Source: Acidimicrobiia bacterium (GTDB lineage Bacteria > Actinomycetota > Acidimicrobiia > Acidimicrobiales > Aldehydirespiratoraceae). From it: DNA of 58,889 bases. Location of the stretch: positions 1 to 58,889 of the forward strand of contig JAUIML010000003.1 in NCBI GenBank assembly GCA_030432715.1, given 5' to 3'. The position numbers and the translations under genes were made by a program. The notes below the pieces were generated by a model that saw nothing but the letters and a program-made list of their open reading frames with translations, was not told the origin of the DNA and ran no database searches. This document shows, piece after piece, positions 1 to 9,304 of this stretch (position 1 is its first letter; each line of letters opens with the position of its first letter).

Positions 1-743
1 ACGAAGTTGAATCCAGGGCCCCGGAAGAACGAGCCGATCATCACGAGAACCGCCCAGAACATGAGGTGGATCGTCATGAGGGAGACCGCGAACTTGCGAT
101 CCTCGGGCTTGTTCGACGGGTTCTTGTCGATGTAGGGCGCCAGGATCAGGACGAACAGGCCGATGCCCGGGATGGTCACACCGGCGACCATCGGGTGGAA
201 CATCGTGAGGAGCTCCTGGAGACCGAGGAAGTACCACGGCGCCTTCGACGGGTTGGGGGTCTCGTTGAAGTTGGCGAGCTCGAGCAGCGGGGCGTTGACG
301 AAGATCGAGAAGATCAGGGTGAACGCGGTGATGAACAGGGCCGCCGCGAACTCGATGACCAGGAGGTGGGGCCACACGTGGACCTTGTCCTGTGGGACCG
401 CCTTGACGTCCTGGATCGACCCCGACTTGACGACGGTGAGCAGTCGCTGGGTGTGGCCGCCGGGACCGGTGGCCAGGGGTGCGGCGGCTGCTGCCGCGGG
501 CGCCGCGGCGGGCGCGGCCGTCGCCACGGCACCGCCGGTGTCGCCACCGTCGGCCTTGGACTTGGCGGCCTTGGAGCGCTCGAGCAGGTGGGCCGGGATC
601 TTGGACGCGGCCTCCTTCTGTTCGTCGCTGAGTTCGGTCTCCTCGGCCGGGGCGGCGTCGCCCGACGCCGCAGCCTTGGCCGCGGCGGCCTTGGCCCTGG
701 CCTCTTCGGCCCGCTTGCGGAGATGCTCTGGGACTTCGGTCAT
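1..743 (-). CDS. Cytochrome b6/f subunit IV-like (menaquinol:cytochrome c reductase, C-terminal half of split cytochrome b); 3' end runs off the window
   Basis: Manual translation from ATG at 743: MTEVPEHLRKRAEEARAK...DKVHVWPHLLVIEF...NETPNPSKAPWYFLGLQELL...APYIDKNPS. This carries the PEWY-equivalent motif and TM helices. It lies directly downstream of cytochrome b6. Absent from the ORF track because it has no stop in the window. Confidence 0.9.
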   Translation of the reverse strand, partial: MTEVPEHLRKRAEEARAKAAAAKAAASGDAAPAEETELSDEQKEAASKIPAHLLERSKAAKSKADGGDTGGAVATAAPAAAPAAAAAAPLATGPGGHTQRLLTVVKSGSIQDVKAVPQDKVHVWPHLLVIEFAAALFITAFTLIFSIFVNAPLLELANFNETPNPSKAPWYFLGLQELLTMFHPMVAGVTIPGIGLFVLILAPYIDKNPSNKPEDRKFAVSLMTIHLMFWAVLVMIGSFFRGPGFNF

Positions 744-770
744 CGTTCCTCGTCTCTACCCATCCCCGGC

Positions 771-1568
771 CTACAGCGGACCCGAGATGCCGCCGTCCTT
801 GCGCACCCGCCAGAAGTGAATCGCCATGAAGATGACGATCACGAACGGGAGCATCAGAACGTGGAGTACGTACCAACGCAACAGGGTGTCGGTGCCGATC
901 TCGACGCCGCCGAGCAGCACGAATCTCACCTGATCACCGAAGACGGGGGTGTACCCCATCATGTTCGTTCCCACGGTCACCGCCCAGAGGGCCAGCTGAT
1001 CCCAGGGCAGGAGGTAGCCGGTGAACGACAACAACAGGGTGAGCATCAGCAGGATCACGCCGATGACCCAGTTGAACTCACGGGGTGGCTTGTAGGCGCC
1101 GTGGTAGAAGACGCGAGCCATGTGGAGGAACACGGTCAGCACCATGAGGTGCGCACCCCATCGGTGCATGTTGCGGACCAGCAGACCGAAGGTGACCGAG
1201 GTCTGCAGGGTGTAGATGTCGTCCCAGGCGGCCGCCGCGGTCGGGCGGTAGAAGAACATGAGGAAGATGCCGGTGACGGTCAGGAGGATGAAGAGGAAGA
1301 AGCTGAGCCCACCGAGGCAGAGGGTGTAGCTGACCTTGACGGCGTGACGCTTCACCTTCACCGGGTGCAGGTGGTACAGCACCGAGTTCATGATCACGTA
1401 GGACCGGTTCCTCGGGCTGTCGGTGTAGCCCTTCCGGAAGATCGAACCGGGACGGAAGATCGAATTCCAGGCCTGGCTGGAGACGATGTCGTCGCCGAGC
1501 TGCGACATGGAGTCCTGCACCCGCTGCGGGAGTGGCTTCTGGATTTCTTCGTCGGTGTCGTTCGCCAT
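771..1568 (-). CDS. Cytochrome b6-type N-terminal cytochrome b subunit (PetB/QcrB-like)
   Basis: YTLCLGG; heme ligands in RNMHRWGAH...FLH and LHV...AIH; GYLLPWDQ; C-terminus RKDGGISGPL as in cytochrome b6. Confidence 0.95.
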   Translation of the reverse strand: MANDTDEEIQKPLPQRVQDSMSQLGDDIVSSQAWNSIFRPGSIFRKGYTDSPRNRSYVIMNSVLYHLHPVKVKRHAVKVSYTLCLGGLSFFLFILLTVTGIFLMFFYRPTAAAAWDDIYTLQTSVTFGLLVRNMHRWGAHLMVLTVFLHMARVFYHGAYKPPREFNWVIGVILLMLTLLLSFTGYLLPWDQLALWAVTVGTNMMGYTPVFGDQVRFVLLGGVEIGTDTLLRWYVLHVLMLPFVIVIFMAIHFWRVRKDGGISGPL

Positions 1569-1596
1569 GATGCGTCTTTCTCCTGCGTCGCCCGGC

Positions 1597-2013
1597 TCAG
1601 CCGAGGCGCATTCCGTATCCGTAGCCGTGAGAGTTGGTTCGTTGGTGGGCGTCGCCGCCGGCGGCGGGGTCGCCGATCTTGCCGAGGATGATCACGCCGG
1701 TGGGGCAGCGATCGACACAGAGTGCGCAGCGGGTGCACACGTCGTCGTCGATCGTGAAGATCACGTGGTCGTTGGGGTCGGTGCCCGGGAGTTCGGTGCC
1801 GATGGCCTCGTCGATGGCGTCGGGGCGCACCATGAAGATGCACTTCCACGGGCAGATGTCGACGCAGCCCTCGCACATGATGCACTCGGACTGGTCGATG
1901 TGGATGAACTGCTTGGGCTTCACCGCCTGGCTGAGCCAGGCCGCATCGACTTCCTGGAGCACGTAGTCGTCGCGGAACTCCGGCATCGGGGGATTCGCAT
2001 CGGTCTTGGTCAC
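1597..2013 (-). CDS. 2x[4Fe-4S] ferredoxin-like protein
   Basis: CIMCEGCVDICP and CTRCALCVDRCP motifs. GTG start overlaps the upstream stop (GTGA). Confidence 0.92.
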   Translation of the reverse strand: MTKTDANPPMPEFRDDYVLQEVDAAWLSQAVKPKQFIHIDQSECIMCEGCVDICPWKCIFMVRPDAIDEAIGTELPGTDPNDHVIFTIDDDVCTRCALCVDRCPTGVIILGKIGDPAAGGDAHQRTNSHGYGYGMRLG

Positions 2014-2462
2014 GACGCCGCACCCTCCTTGACGAGGGGACGACCGAAGCTCGAACGGGCCGGCGCGGTCGACTCCTGCGCCTTGCCGCGATTCTGCCAG
2101 ACCGACCAGAGCCAGATGTTGCCACCGAGCACCACGCCGTAGATGACGACGGCGATGATGTGCTCGATGTGGAGATAGTTGATCGTGATGGGGTTCCAGC
2201 CGCCCTCGGTCTGGGGCTTGAGGAAGCCGCCGGGGCCGTGGAAGAACTTGTCGGAACGCCAGTTGAGCTCGTTCTCCGCCCAGACGAGCCACTGGTGCGG
2301 CACGACGCCGTAGGCCCAGAACATGAGGAAGAACACCACGAAGGCACCCATCATCGCCTCGCCCCAGGTGTGGGGCTGACCGACCGGACGTCGCTTCGCG
2401 TACGCGAGAATGCCCCCCACGATGACGGCGGTGATGACGATGGAGAGGGTGAAAGCAACCAC
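2010..2462 (-). CDS. Hypothetical membrane protein (about 3 TM), first gene of the cytochrome b operon
   Basis: AGGAG RBS then GTG at 2462. Hydrophobic segments; translationally coupled to the ferredoxin. Confidence 0.8.
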   Translation of the reverse strand: MVAFTLSIVITAVIVGGILAYAKRRPVGQPHTWGEAMMGAFVVFFLMFWAYGVVPHQWLVWAENELNWRSDKFFHGPGGFLKPQTEGGWNPITINYLHIEHIIAVVIYGVVLGGNIWLWSVWQNRGKAQESTAPARSSFGRPLVKEGAAS

Positions 2463-2497
2463 GAGCGGCTCCTGCTGGAGTCGTGGACCCACGGGGC

Positions 2498-2515
2498 TCG
2501 TGAATCCACGCACAA
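2498..2515. promoter_or_regulatory. Putative Rex operator upstream of the cytochrome b operon
   Basis: TCGTGAA-TCCA-CGCACAA resembles TTGTGAA-N4-TTCACAA and the site upstream of rex (15153-15170). Confidence 0.55.
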
Positions 2516-2664
2516 GTGTAGACCCGAGCGGACCTGCGACTCGGGTTGGGCGAAGGTTTACCACGGGAAAAGTCGCCCGGACCCAATCCGGCGCCGCAGA
2601 AATCTGACGCGGGTTCGATTCCCTCCCCAAGTTGCTCCTACGTGCGACACTGCCTCTATCCTTC

Positions 2665-2692
2665 GCTCGGTCTGCACGCGTGCAGACCGAGC
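2665..2692. repeat. Perfect 28-bp palindrome in the divergent intergenic region
   Basis: GCTCGGTCTGCACGCGTGCAGACCGAGC equals its own reverse complement. Confidence 0.9.
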
Positions 2693-2730
2693 TGTAGAGA
2701 TCTTGTCCTGACCCCGCACCGGAGACGACG

Positions 2731-3552
2731 GTGACCGAAGTACCCGAGCATCTGCTCAAGAAGGCCGCAGAGGCCCGTGCCCGCCTCAAGGGTGAGAGCA
2801 CCGACGCCGCCGAAACCGCCGAGGCGCCCGCCGCCGAGGCCGCGCCCGCATCGGCCGCACCGGTTCCCGCCGCGGCCGCGGTGCCCGCCGAGCCCGAGCC
2901 CGAACCCGAGCCGGTCCCCGACACGCCCTGGGTCGCGGCGGCCAAGGCCCGCAAGACCATTCCGGTCTGGGTCATGCCCGTGCTCTTGTTCCTCCCCTTC
3001 TGGGCCATCTACTACGTCGGCTATCTCGAGCGTCCGCCGGCCGAGGGCGGTCTCGCGGTCGAAGGCGAGGAGATCTACGCCCAGTGCGCCGGCTGCCACG
3101 GTGGCGGCGGTGGCGGTGGCACCGGCCGCCAGCTCAACGACGGTGAGGTCACCCGTACCTTCCCGCACGGCGTCACGGAGAACGGCTACGACGGCCTCGC
3201 CGGCATGATCGCCTGGGTGGCCAACGGCTCGAACAAGACCGCCGAACTCGAGGGTGGCCCCGGCTACGGCGATCCCGATCGCGAGGGTGGCCAGCACCAG
3301 ATCGGTGGGGGCGGCATCATGGCCGGCTTCGCCGCAGGCCTCAACGTCGAGACCCTCGGCGCCGTGGTCTTCCACGAGCGCTCGCAGTTCGGCGACCTCG
3401 AGGCCGACCTCGTCATCGAGGAGCTCGAACTCATCGAGGAGTGGATCGAGGTCATGGAAGAGGAGGGGATCGAGATCGTCGACATCCCCTACGACACCGT
3501 GCACGAGACCCTCGAGACGGCTCGCGGCAACCTCGGTCTCGCCGAGAGCTGA
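2731..3552 (+). CDS. Membrane-anchored monoheme c-type cytochrome
   Basis: CAGCH heme-binding motif after a TM helix (IPVWVMPVLLFLPFWAIYY). Likely distal Met in GGIMAGF. Confidence 0.9.
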   Translation: MTEVPEHLLKKAAEARARLKGESTDAAETAEAPAAEAAPASAAPVPAAAAVPAEPEPEPEPVPDTPWVAAAKARKTIPVWVMPVLLFLPFWAIYYVGYLERPPAEGGLAVEGEEIYAQCAGCHGGGGGGGTGRQLNDGEVTRTFPHGVTENGYDGLAGMIAWVANGSNKTAELEGGPGYGDPDREGGQHQIGGGGIMAGFAAGLNVETLGAVVFHERSQFGDLEADLVIEELELIEEWIEVMEEEGIEIVDIPYDTVHETLETARGNLGLAES

Positions 3553-3555
3553 CCC

Positions 3556-4368
3556 TCAGCCCACCTCGACGACGGCGCGCGATCCCAACTCGGCGCGCAA
3601 CGAGTCGGCCAAGGCGGCCAGCGCCGGGTCGTCGGCGAGCAGCGCGATCTTGGCGTCGATGACGTCGCCCTCGACCGGCCATCCGAGCACCCACGCGGTG
3701 AACGTCTCCGACAGGTCCTCGTGGGCCGAGGTCGACGCGTAGGAGTTGACGAAGTGTGCCTCGTCGCCGCTCGCGACGCCGTCAGGCCAGAACCGTTGGG
3801 CGTAGCGGGCCAGGACCGACCCTTCGGCCGCGCACCCGAGGTCGATCACCACACCGTCGCAGTCGTCGACATGGCTGAAGGTGAACACCGCACGGTCGAG
3901 CGTGACCACGTGCGACAGCTCGTGGACGATCGTCTCCTCCAGCAGGGCACGATCGGGAAGGTCGGCCACGTCGAGACTGAGGATCCAGCCGCCGGTCGCC
4001 GACGGGTGGACGACGCCGACGAGGCCCCGCGGCTCCTCGCGCACCACCGAGAGCTGAGCCAGTGCGTCGCGGTGGGCCGCCGGCCAGATGCCGTCGACGA
4101 CCTCCCAGACGGCGGCCAGCTCGCCCTGCAGCTCGTCGCCGGCGCCGCCGTCGACGACGATCACGTCGCCGACCCGTTCGACGGTCTGACGGTACGACAC
4201 CCGTTCGACGACACGGGCGGTCTCGTCGCCGAGCTCGACGCCGGCGAGGCCGACCCGGGTCGCCGGCGGACCGCCATCGCCGTCCCACGGAGCGGCGATG
4301 TTCAGCGCCGCGGCGAGGCCCACAGCCACCGAGAGTCCTGCGATCCGTGTTCGTCGTGTGGCCATCAT
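3556..4368 (-). CDS. Secreted putative zinc metallopeptidase
   Basis: N-terminal signal or anchor; IVHELSH (HExxH) and FVNSYASTSAHEDLSETF motif. Confidence 0.7.
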   Translation of the reverse strand: MMATRRTRIAGLSVAVGLAAALNIAAPWDGDGGPPATRVGLAGVELGDETARVVERVSYRQTVERVGDVIVVDGGAGDELQGELAAVWEVVDGIWPAAHRDALAQLSVVREEPRGLVGVVHPSATGGWILSLDVADLPDRALLEETIVHELSHVVTLDRAVFTFSHVDDCDGVVIDLGCAAEGSVLARYAQRFWPDGVASGDEAHFVNSYASTSAHEDLSETFTAWVLGWPVEGDVIDAKIALLADDPALAALADSLRAELGSRAVVEVG

Positions 4369-4564
4369 CTTCCGTCCGATCCGTCCGCTCCCGAGGATAG
4401 AGACCTCTCCGGCGCGGTCTCCATGGGCCGTCCGGCACGCTCTTCCTGAGCCCTCCGGCACGGGGGCGACGATCCGGTGGGCCGGAAGCACCAGTCGGGC
4501 GCGGTGACCCGCGAGACTGAGGCCGCGGCGCAGCGATGACGACTCGACCCGCGGAGGCGACCAG

Positions 4565-6199
4565 GTGGACATCACGACGAGCGAGGAGTGGTCGGCCGTC
4601 GCCGACCACGCAAGCCGCTTCGACGACCTCGAACTGCGCCGGCTCTTCGCCGACGACCCCTCACGAGCCGACACGATGACGCTGCTCGTCGGCGATCTGT
4701 TCATCGACATGTCCAAGCACCGTGTCACCGCAGCGGTGCTCTCCGACCTCGTCGCCCTGGCCGAACGGGCCGGTCTCCCGGAGCGCATCGAGTCGATGCT
4801 GCGCGGTGATCGCATCAACACGACCGAGGACCGGGCCGTCCTCCACACCGCCCTGCGAGCTCCGGCCGATCGGGTGATCGAGGTCGACGGCGAGAACGTC
4901 GTCCCTGCGGTCCACGCCGTGCTGCGCAAGATGACGGCGTTCACCGACCGCGTCCGCGACGGCGACTGGACCGGGCACACGGGCCGAGCGATCGAGACGG
5001 TCGTGAACATCGGGATCGGAGGGTCGGACCTCGGCCCGGTGATGGCCTACGAGGCGCTGGCCGCCTTCCACCACCCGCGCCTGCGCTGCCGGTTCGTGTC
5101 CAACGTCGACGGCAGCGACCTCCACGCAGCGGTCCGCGACCTCGATCCGGCCACCACCCTCTTCGTCGTCTCCTCGAAGACCTTCACCACCCAGGAGACC
5201 CTCACCAACGCCCACTCGGCGAGGCGCTGGTTGACTGCGGCACTCGGCGACGAGGCAGTCGCCACCCACTTCGTCGCCGTCTCCACGAATGCGCCCGAGG
5301 TGCAGGCATTCGGGATCGACACCAACAACATGTTCGGCTTCTGGGACTGGGTCGGCGGTCGCTATTCCGTCGACTCGGCGATCGGACTCACGCTCATGCT
5401 CGCGATCGGAGCCGAGCACTTCATGGCGTTCCTCGAAGGCTTCCGGCTCGTCGACGAACACTTCGCGCGGGAGCCACTCGAGCGCAACGCACCCGTCCTG
5501 CTCGGTCTCCTCGAGGTCTGGTACCGGACGTTCAACGACCTGCCCACCCGAGCGGTCCTCCCCTACTCGCGGTACCTGCACCGCTTCCCGGCCTACCTCC
5601 AGCAGCTCGACATGGAGAGCAACGGAAAGCGGGTGCGCGCCGACGGCACCGAGGTCACCCACGAGACGGGACCCATCGTCTGGGGCGAGCCCGGCACCAA
5701 CGGACAGCATTCGTTCCACCAGTTGCTGCACCAGGGCACCACCATCGTGCCGGCCGACTTCATCGTGATGGCCCGCCCTGACCACACCGAGGACGAGATC
5801 CCGGGGATCGGTGTCCATCACGACCTGCTCGTCGCGAACTGTTTCGCCCAGTCAGAGGCGTTGGCCTTCGGCCGGACGGCCGACGAGGTGGCTGCCACCG
5901 AGCCCGACCCGGCGCTGGTGCCCCACCGCACCTTCCCGGGCAACCGGCCCTCGACCACGATCATGGCGCCGGCCCTCACGCCCTCGGTCCTCGGGCAACT
6001 CATCGCCCTCTACGAGCACCAGGTGTTCACCCAGGGCGTGGTCTGGGGGCTCAACTCCTTCGACCAGTGGGGGGTCGAGCTCGGCAAGGTGCTCGCCCAG
6101 GCGATCGTGCCCGAGCTCAGCGACCCATCGCTGCCGCTCGCGCACGACCCCTCGACCAACGCCCTGATCGAGCGCTACCGCAACGATCGGGCGAACTGA
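4565..6199 (+). CDS. pgi: Glucose-6-phosphate isomerase
   Basis: [50 protein letters not shown]. Confidence 0.98.
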   Translation: MDITTSEEWSAVADHASRFDDLELRRLFADDPSRADTMTLLVGDLFIDMSKHRVTAAVLSDLVALAERAGLPERIESMLRGDRINTTEDRAVLHTALRAPADRVIEVDGENVVPAVHAVLRKMTAFTDRVRDGDWTGHTGRAIETVVNIGIGGSDLGPVMAYEALAAFHHPRLRCRFVSNVDGSDLHAAVRDLDPATTLFVVSSKTFTTQETLTNAHSARRWLTAALGDEAVATHFVAVSTNAPEVQAFGIDTNNMFGFWDWVGGRYSVDSAIGLTLMLAIGAEHFMAFLEGFRLVDEHFAREPLERNAPVLLGLLEVWYRTFNDLPTRAVLPYSRYLHRFPAYLQQLDMESNGKRVRADGTEVTHETGPIVWGEPGTNGQHSFHQLLHQGTTIVPADFIVMARPDHTEDEIPGIGVHHDLLVANCFAQSEALAFGRTADEVAATEPDPALVPHRTFPGNRPSTTIMAPALTPSVLGQLIALYEHQVFTQGVVWGLNSFDQWGVELGKVLAQAIVPELSDPSLPLAHDPSTNALIERYRNDRAN

Positions 6200-6200
6200 C

Positions 6201-6980
6201 TCAGCGGGCCAGGATCAGCTGGAACTCGACGATGCCGTCGTCGGCCACCGACACCACGATCGGGGCCGAGGGCGGAGTGACGCCGAAATCCTCCCAGAAG
6301 AGCCCGGTGCTCCCGACGATGACGGCGAAGCCGTCGTCTCGCACGTTGGCGTCGATGTCGAACTCGACGCTCCGGGTCACGCCGGCCACCGTCAGGTCGC
6401 CCTCGATCGAGAAGCTCTGCGCGTCGCCGCCGACCTCGAGTGACGACACGTCGACACCACCCGCGAACGTGAAGGTGGCCTCGGGGAACTCGCTGGCGTT
6501 GATGGCCCTGCGAATCGCGTTCTCGCGACGGGAGTCGTTGGACGAGATGGTGGTCATGTCGACGGTCACCTCCGCGCCCGTGAGCTGACCGTCGGTGATC
6601 GTCACGGTGCCGGTCACGTTGCCGGAGCGCCCGACCGCGGTCACCGCCCCGACCGTCAGCTCCTCGTCGACCCGGAACCCGGCGAAGCTGCCACTGGCCG
6701 ACTCGAAGTCGAACTCGCCCACTTCGTCGTCGACGACCCAGACGCCATCGATCCCGTCGGCGACAACCGGGGCGTCGTCGCCAGTCCCCTCGTCGTCACC
6801 GTCGTCGGGATCAGCGTCGCCACCATCACCATCGGCGGCCAGGTCGGCATCGAGCTGGTCGTTGGCGCTGCCCACGTCGACCGCGTCGGGGGCGTCGTCC
6901 TTGAGGAAGAGGAACCACACGGCCACCGCCACTGCGATCACCGCGACCAGTCCGCCACCGATCAGATACTTCTTGTTCAT
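6201..6980 (-). CDS. YceI-family lipid/polyisoprenoid-binding protein, membrane anchored
   Basis: N-terminal TM; FAGFRVDEEL...AVGRS...VDMTTISSNDSRRENAI...GDLTVAGVTRSV pattern. Confidence 0.85.
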   Translation of the reverse strand: MNKKYLIGGGLVAVIAVAVAVWFLFLKDDAPDAVDVGSANDQLDADLAADGDGGDADPDDGDDEGTGDDAPVVADGIDGVWVVDDEVGEFDFESASGSFAGFRVDEELTVGAVTAVGRSGNVTGTVTITDGQLTGAEVTVDMTTISSNDSRRENAIRRAINASEFPEATFTFAGGVDVSSLEVGGDAQSFSIEGDLTVAGVTRSVEFDIDANVRDDGFAVIVGSTGLFWEDFGVTPPSAPIVVSVADDGIVEFQLILAR

Positions 6981-7055
6981 TGTCCTGCTCCTGAGAGGGT
7001 CGTTGGTCGCCTGTTCGTGCACCGAAGCCGAACGGTTCGCGATTTCGATGAGAAA

Positions 7056-8318
7056 TCAGAGATTCTTCGCCACCCGGCGAACGGCCTCGATCGTGGCATC
7101 GACCTCGTCGCTACCGTGGGCGAGGCTGGGGAAGAGGGCCTCGTAGGCCCCGGGAGCGAGCGCCACGCCGGCCTCGAGCATCCCGTGGAAGAAGCGTTCG
7201 TACACGCCGTTCTCACAGACGGCCTTGGCCCCCTCGAAGTCGACCGGCGCCTGCGGGCCGAAGAAGAGGCCGAGCAGAGGGCCGACCCGCGGCACGGAGG
7301 CGACCACGCCGGCGTCGGCGAAGGCCTCGATCATCCCGGCCTGGAGCGTCGCCGCGGTGGCGGTCAGCTGGTCGTAGGCGGCCGGCGTGAGCTGCTCGAG
7401 TTGGGCCAGACCGGCCGCCATGGCGAGCGGGTTCCCCGACAGGGTCCCCGCCTGGTACACCGGCCCGAGCGGGGCCAGGTGCGACATGATCTCGCGTGAG
7501 GCGCCGAAGGCGCCCACGGGCAGTCCGCCGCCGATCACCTTGCCGAAGCACCAGATGTCGGGCTTGACCTCGAACCACTCGGCCGCCCCGCCGCGGCAGA
7601 GGCGGAACCCGGTGATCACTTCGTCGAACATCAACAAAGCACCCGTGTCGTCGCACGCGGCGCGCAGGCCGGCGAGGAAGCCGGGCTGGGGCTCGATGAG
7701 CCCCATGTTGGCCGCGACCGGTTCGACGATGACCGCCGCGACCGTGTCGTCGATCTCGGGGACGACGTTGTAGGGCGCGACGATCGTGTCGGCGACCGCC
7801 CCTTCGGTGACCCCTTCGGATCCCTTGAGTCCCTGTTGGGCGACTCCCGACCCTCCGGCGACGAGCAGCGAGTCGGAGTGGCCGTGGTAGTTGCCGGCGA
7901 ACTTGAGGATGCGGTCTCGACCGGTCGCGCCGCGGGCGAGACGGATCGCCGTCATCGTCGCCTCGGTGCCGGACGACACCATGCGCACCATCTCCATGCC
8001 GTCGATGCGGCGACACATCTCCTCGGCCAACAGCACCTCCGCCTCGGTCGGCGCGCCATAGCTGGTGCCCTTGGCTGCCGCCGACTCGACCGCCGCGGTG
8101 ACCGCGGGGTGGGCGTGGCCGAGGATGCCGGGGCCGTAGCTCATCACGTAGTCGATGTAGCGGTTGCCCTCGACGTCGTAGACGTGCGGCCCCTCGGCCC
8201 GAGCGACGAAGTAGGGGGTGCCACCGACCGAGCCGAAGGCCCTGACCGGGGAGTTGACCCCGCCGGGGATCACGGCGCGGGCGCGCTCGAACAGCGCGGC
8301 GTTCGTCGGCTCGGTCAC
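7056..8318 (-). CDS. hemL: Glutamate-1-semialdehyde 2,1-aminomutase
   Basis: IPGGVNSPVRAF, FDEVITGFR, FGKVIGGGLPVGA, QAGTLSGNP. GTG overlaps the hemB stop. Confidence 0.97.
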   Translation of the reverse strand: MTEPTNAALFERARAVIPGGVNSPVRAFGSVGGTPYFVARAEGPHVYDVEGNRYIDYVMSYGPGILGHAHPAVTAAVESAAAKGTSYGAPTEAEVLLAEEMCRRIDGMEMVRMVSSGTEATMTAIRLARGATGRDRILKFAGNYHGHSDSLLVAGGSGVAQQGLKGSEGVTEGAVADTIVAPYNVVPEIDDTVAAVIVEPVAANMGLIEPQPGFLAGLRAACDDTGALLMFDEVITGFRLCRGGAAEWFEVKPDIWCFGKVIGGGLPVGAFGASREIMSHLAPLGPVYQAGTLSGNPLAMAAGLAQLEQLTPAAYDQLTATAATLQAGMIEAFADAGVVASVPRVGPLLGLFFGPQAPVDFEGAKAVCENGVYERFFHGMLEAGVALAPGAYEALFPSLAHGSDEVDATIEAVRRVAKNL

Positions 8319-9295
8319 TGCATCAGCTCCGACAGTCGGCGGGCGAAGTAGGTGAGGATCAGGTCGGCGCCCGCCCGCTTGATGGCGAGGGTGTGTTCGA
8401 AGGCCACGGCGTCGAGCTCGAGCCAACCCCGCTCGGCGGCTGCGTGGACCATCGCGTACTCGCCGCTGACGTGGTAGGCCGCAATCGGGATGTCGACCTC
8501 GGCCCGGGCCCGGGCGATGACGTCGAGGTAGGGCAGGGCGGGCTTGACCATGACCATGTCGGCACCCTCCGCGATGTCTTCGCGGATCTCCTCCATCGCC
8601 TCGCGGGCGTTGGCCACGTCCTGCTGGTAGCCCTTGCGGTCTCCGCCACCGGTGATGGTCACGTCGACCGCATCGCGGAACGGCCCGTAGAGGGCCGTGG
8701 CGTACTTGGCCGCGTAGGCGAGGATCGCGGTCTCGTCGAAGCCGGCGTCGTCGAGCGCTTCACGGATCGCGAACACCTGCCCGTCCATCATCCCCGACGG
8801 CGCAACGATGTCGGCGCCGGCCGTCGCCTGGGCGACGGCGATCTGCTCGTAGAGCTCGAGTGTCGCGTCGTTGTCGGGCTGGCCGCTGTGGTCGAGCACG
8901 CCACAGTGACCGTGGTCGGTGTATTCGTCGACGCACAGGTCGGCGATCAGCACCATGTCGTCGCCGTGGTCGTCGCGGAGATCCCCCAGTGCGACCTGCA
9001 CGATGCCGTCGGGGTTCCACGCCTCGGATCCCTCGGCGTCCTTGTGTTCGGGCACGCCGAACAGCACCACCGCGGGCACCCCGAGATCCTTTAGCTGGCG
9101 TACCTCCTGGCGCAACGACGCCCGGGAGTGCTGGAACTGGCCGGGAAGCGACTCGATGGGTTGGGGTTCGTCGATCCCTTCGCGCACGAAGAGCGGGGCG
9201 ATGAAGTCGTCGGGGTGGAGTCGGGTCTCGCTCACCATGCGCCGCAACGTGGGCGTACGGCGGAGGCGACGCAGACGACGCTGGGGAAAGGTCAC
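8315..9295 (-). CDS. hemB: Porphobilinogen synthase
   Basis: RRLRRLR, DLCVDEYTDHGHCG, APSGMMDG, MVKPAL, AYHVSGEYAM. Confidence 0.97.
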   Translation of the reverse strand: MTFPQRRLRRLRRTPTLRRMVSETRLHPDDFIAPLFVREGIDEPQPIESLPGQFQHSRASLRQEVRQLKDLGVPAVVLFGVPEHKDAEGSEAWNPDGIVQVALGDLRDDHGDDMVLIADLCVDEYTDHGHCGVLDHSGQPDNDATLELYEQIAVAQATAGADIVAPSGMMDGQVFAIREALDDAGFDETAILAYAAKYATALYGPFRDAVDVTITGGGDRKGYQQDVANAREAMEEIREDIAEGADMVMVKPALPYLDVIARARAEVDIPIAAYHVSGEYAMVHAAAERGWLELDAVAFEHTLAIKRAGADLILTYFARRLSELMQ

Positions 9296-9304
9296 GCCGT
9301 GAGG

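Noticed and set aside
66-1691. 541-aa plus-strand ORF and many other long antisense or alternate-frame ORFs (e.g. 15360-17354, 28729-30924, 53521-55506)
   Set aside because: Shadow ORFs of real genes in high-GC DNA. They are Arg/Pro/Gly-rich or antisense-patterned and carry no motifs.
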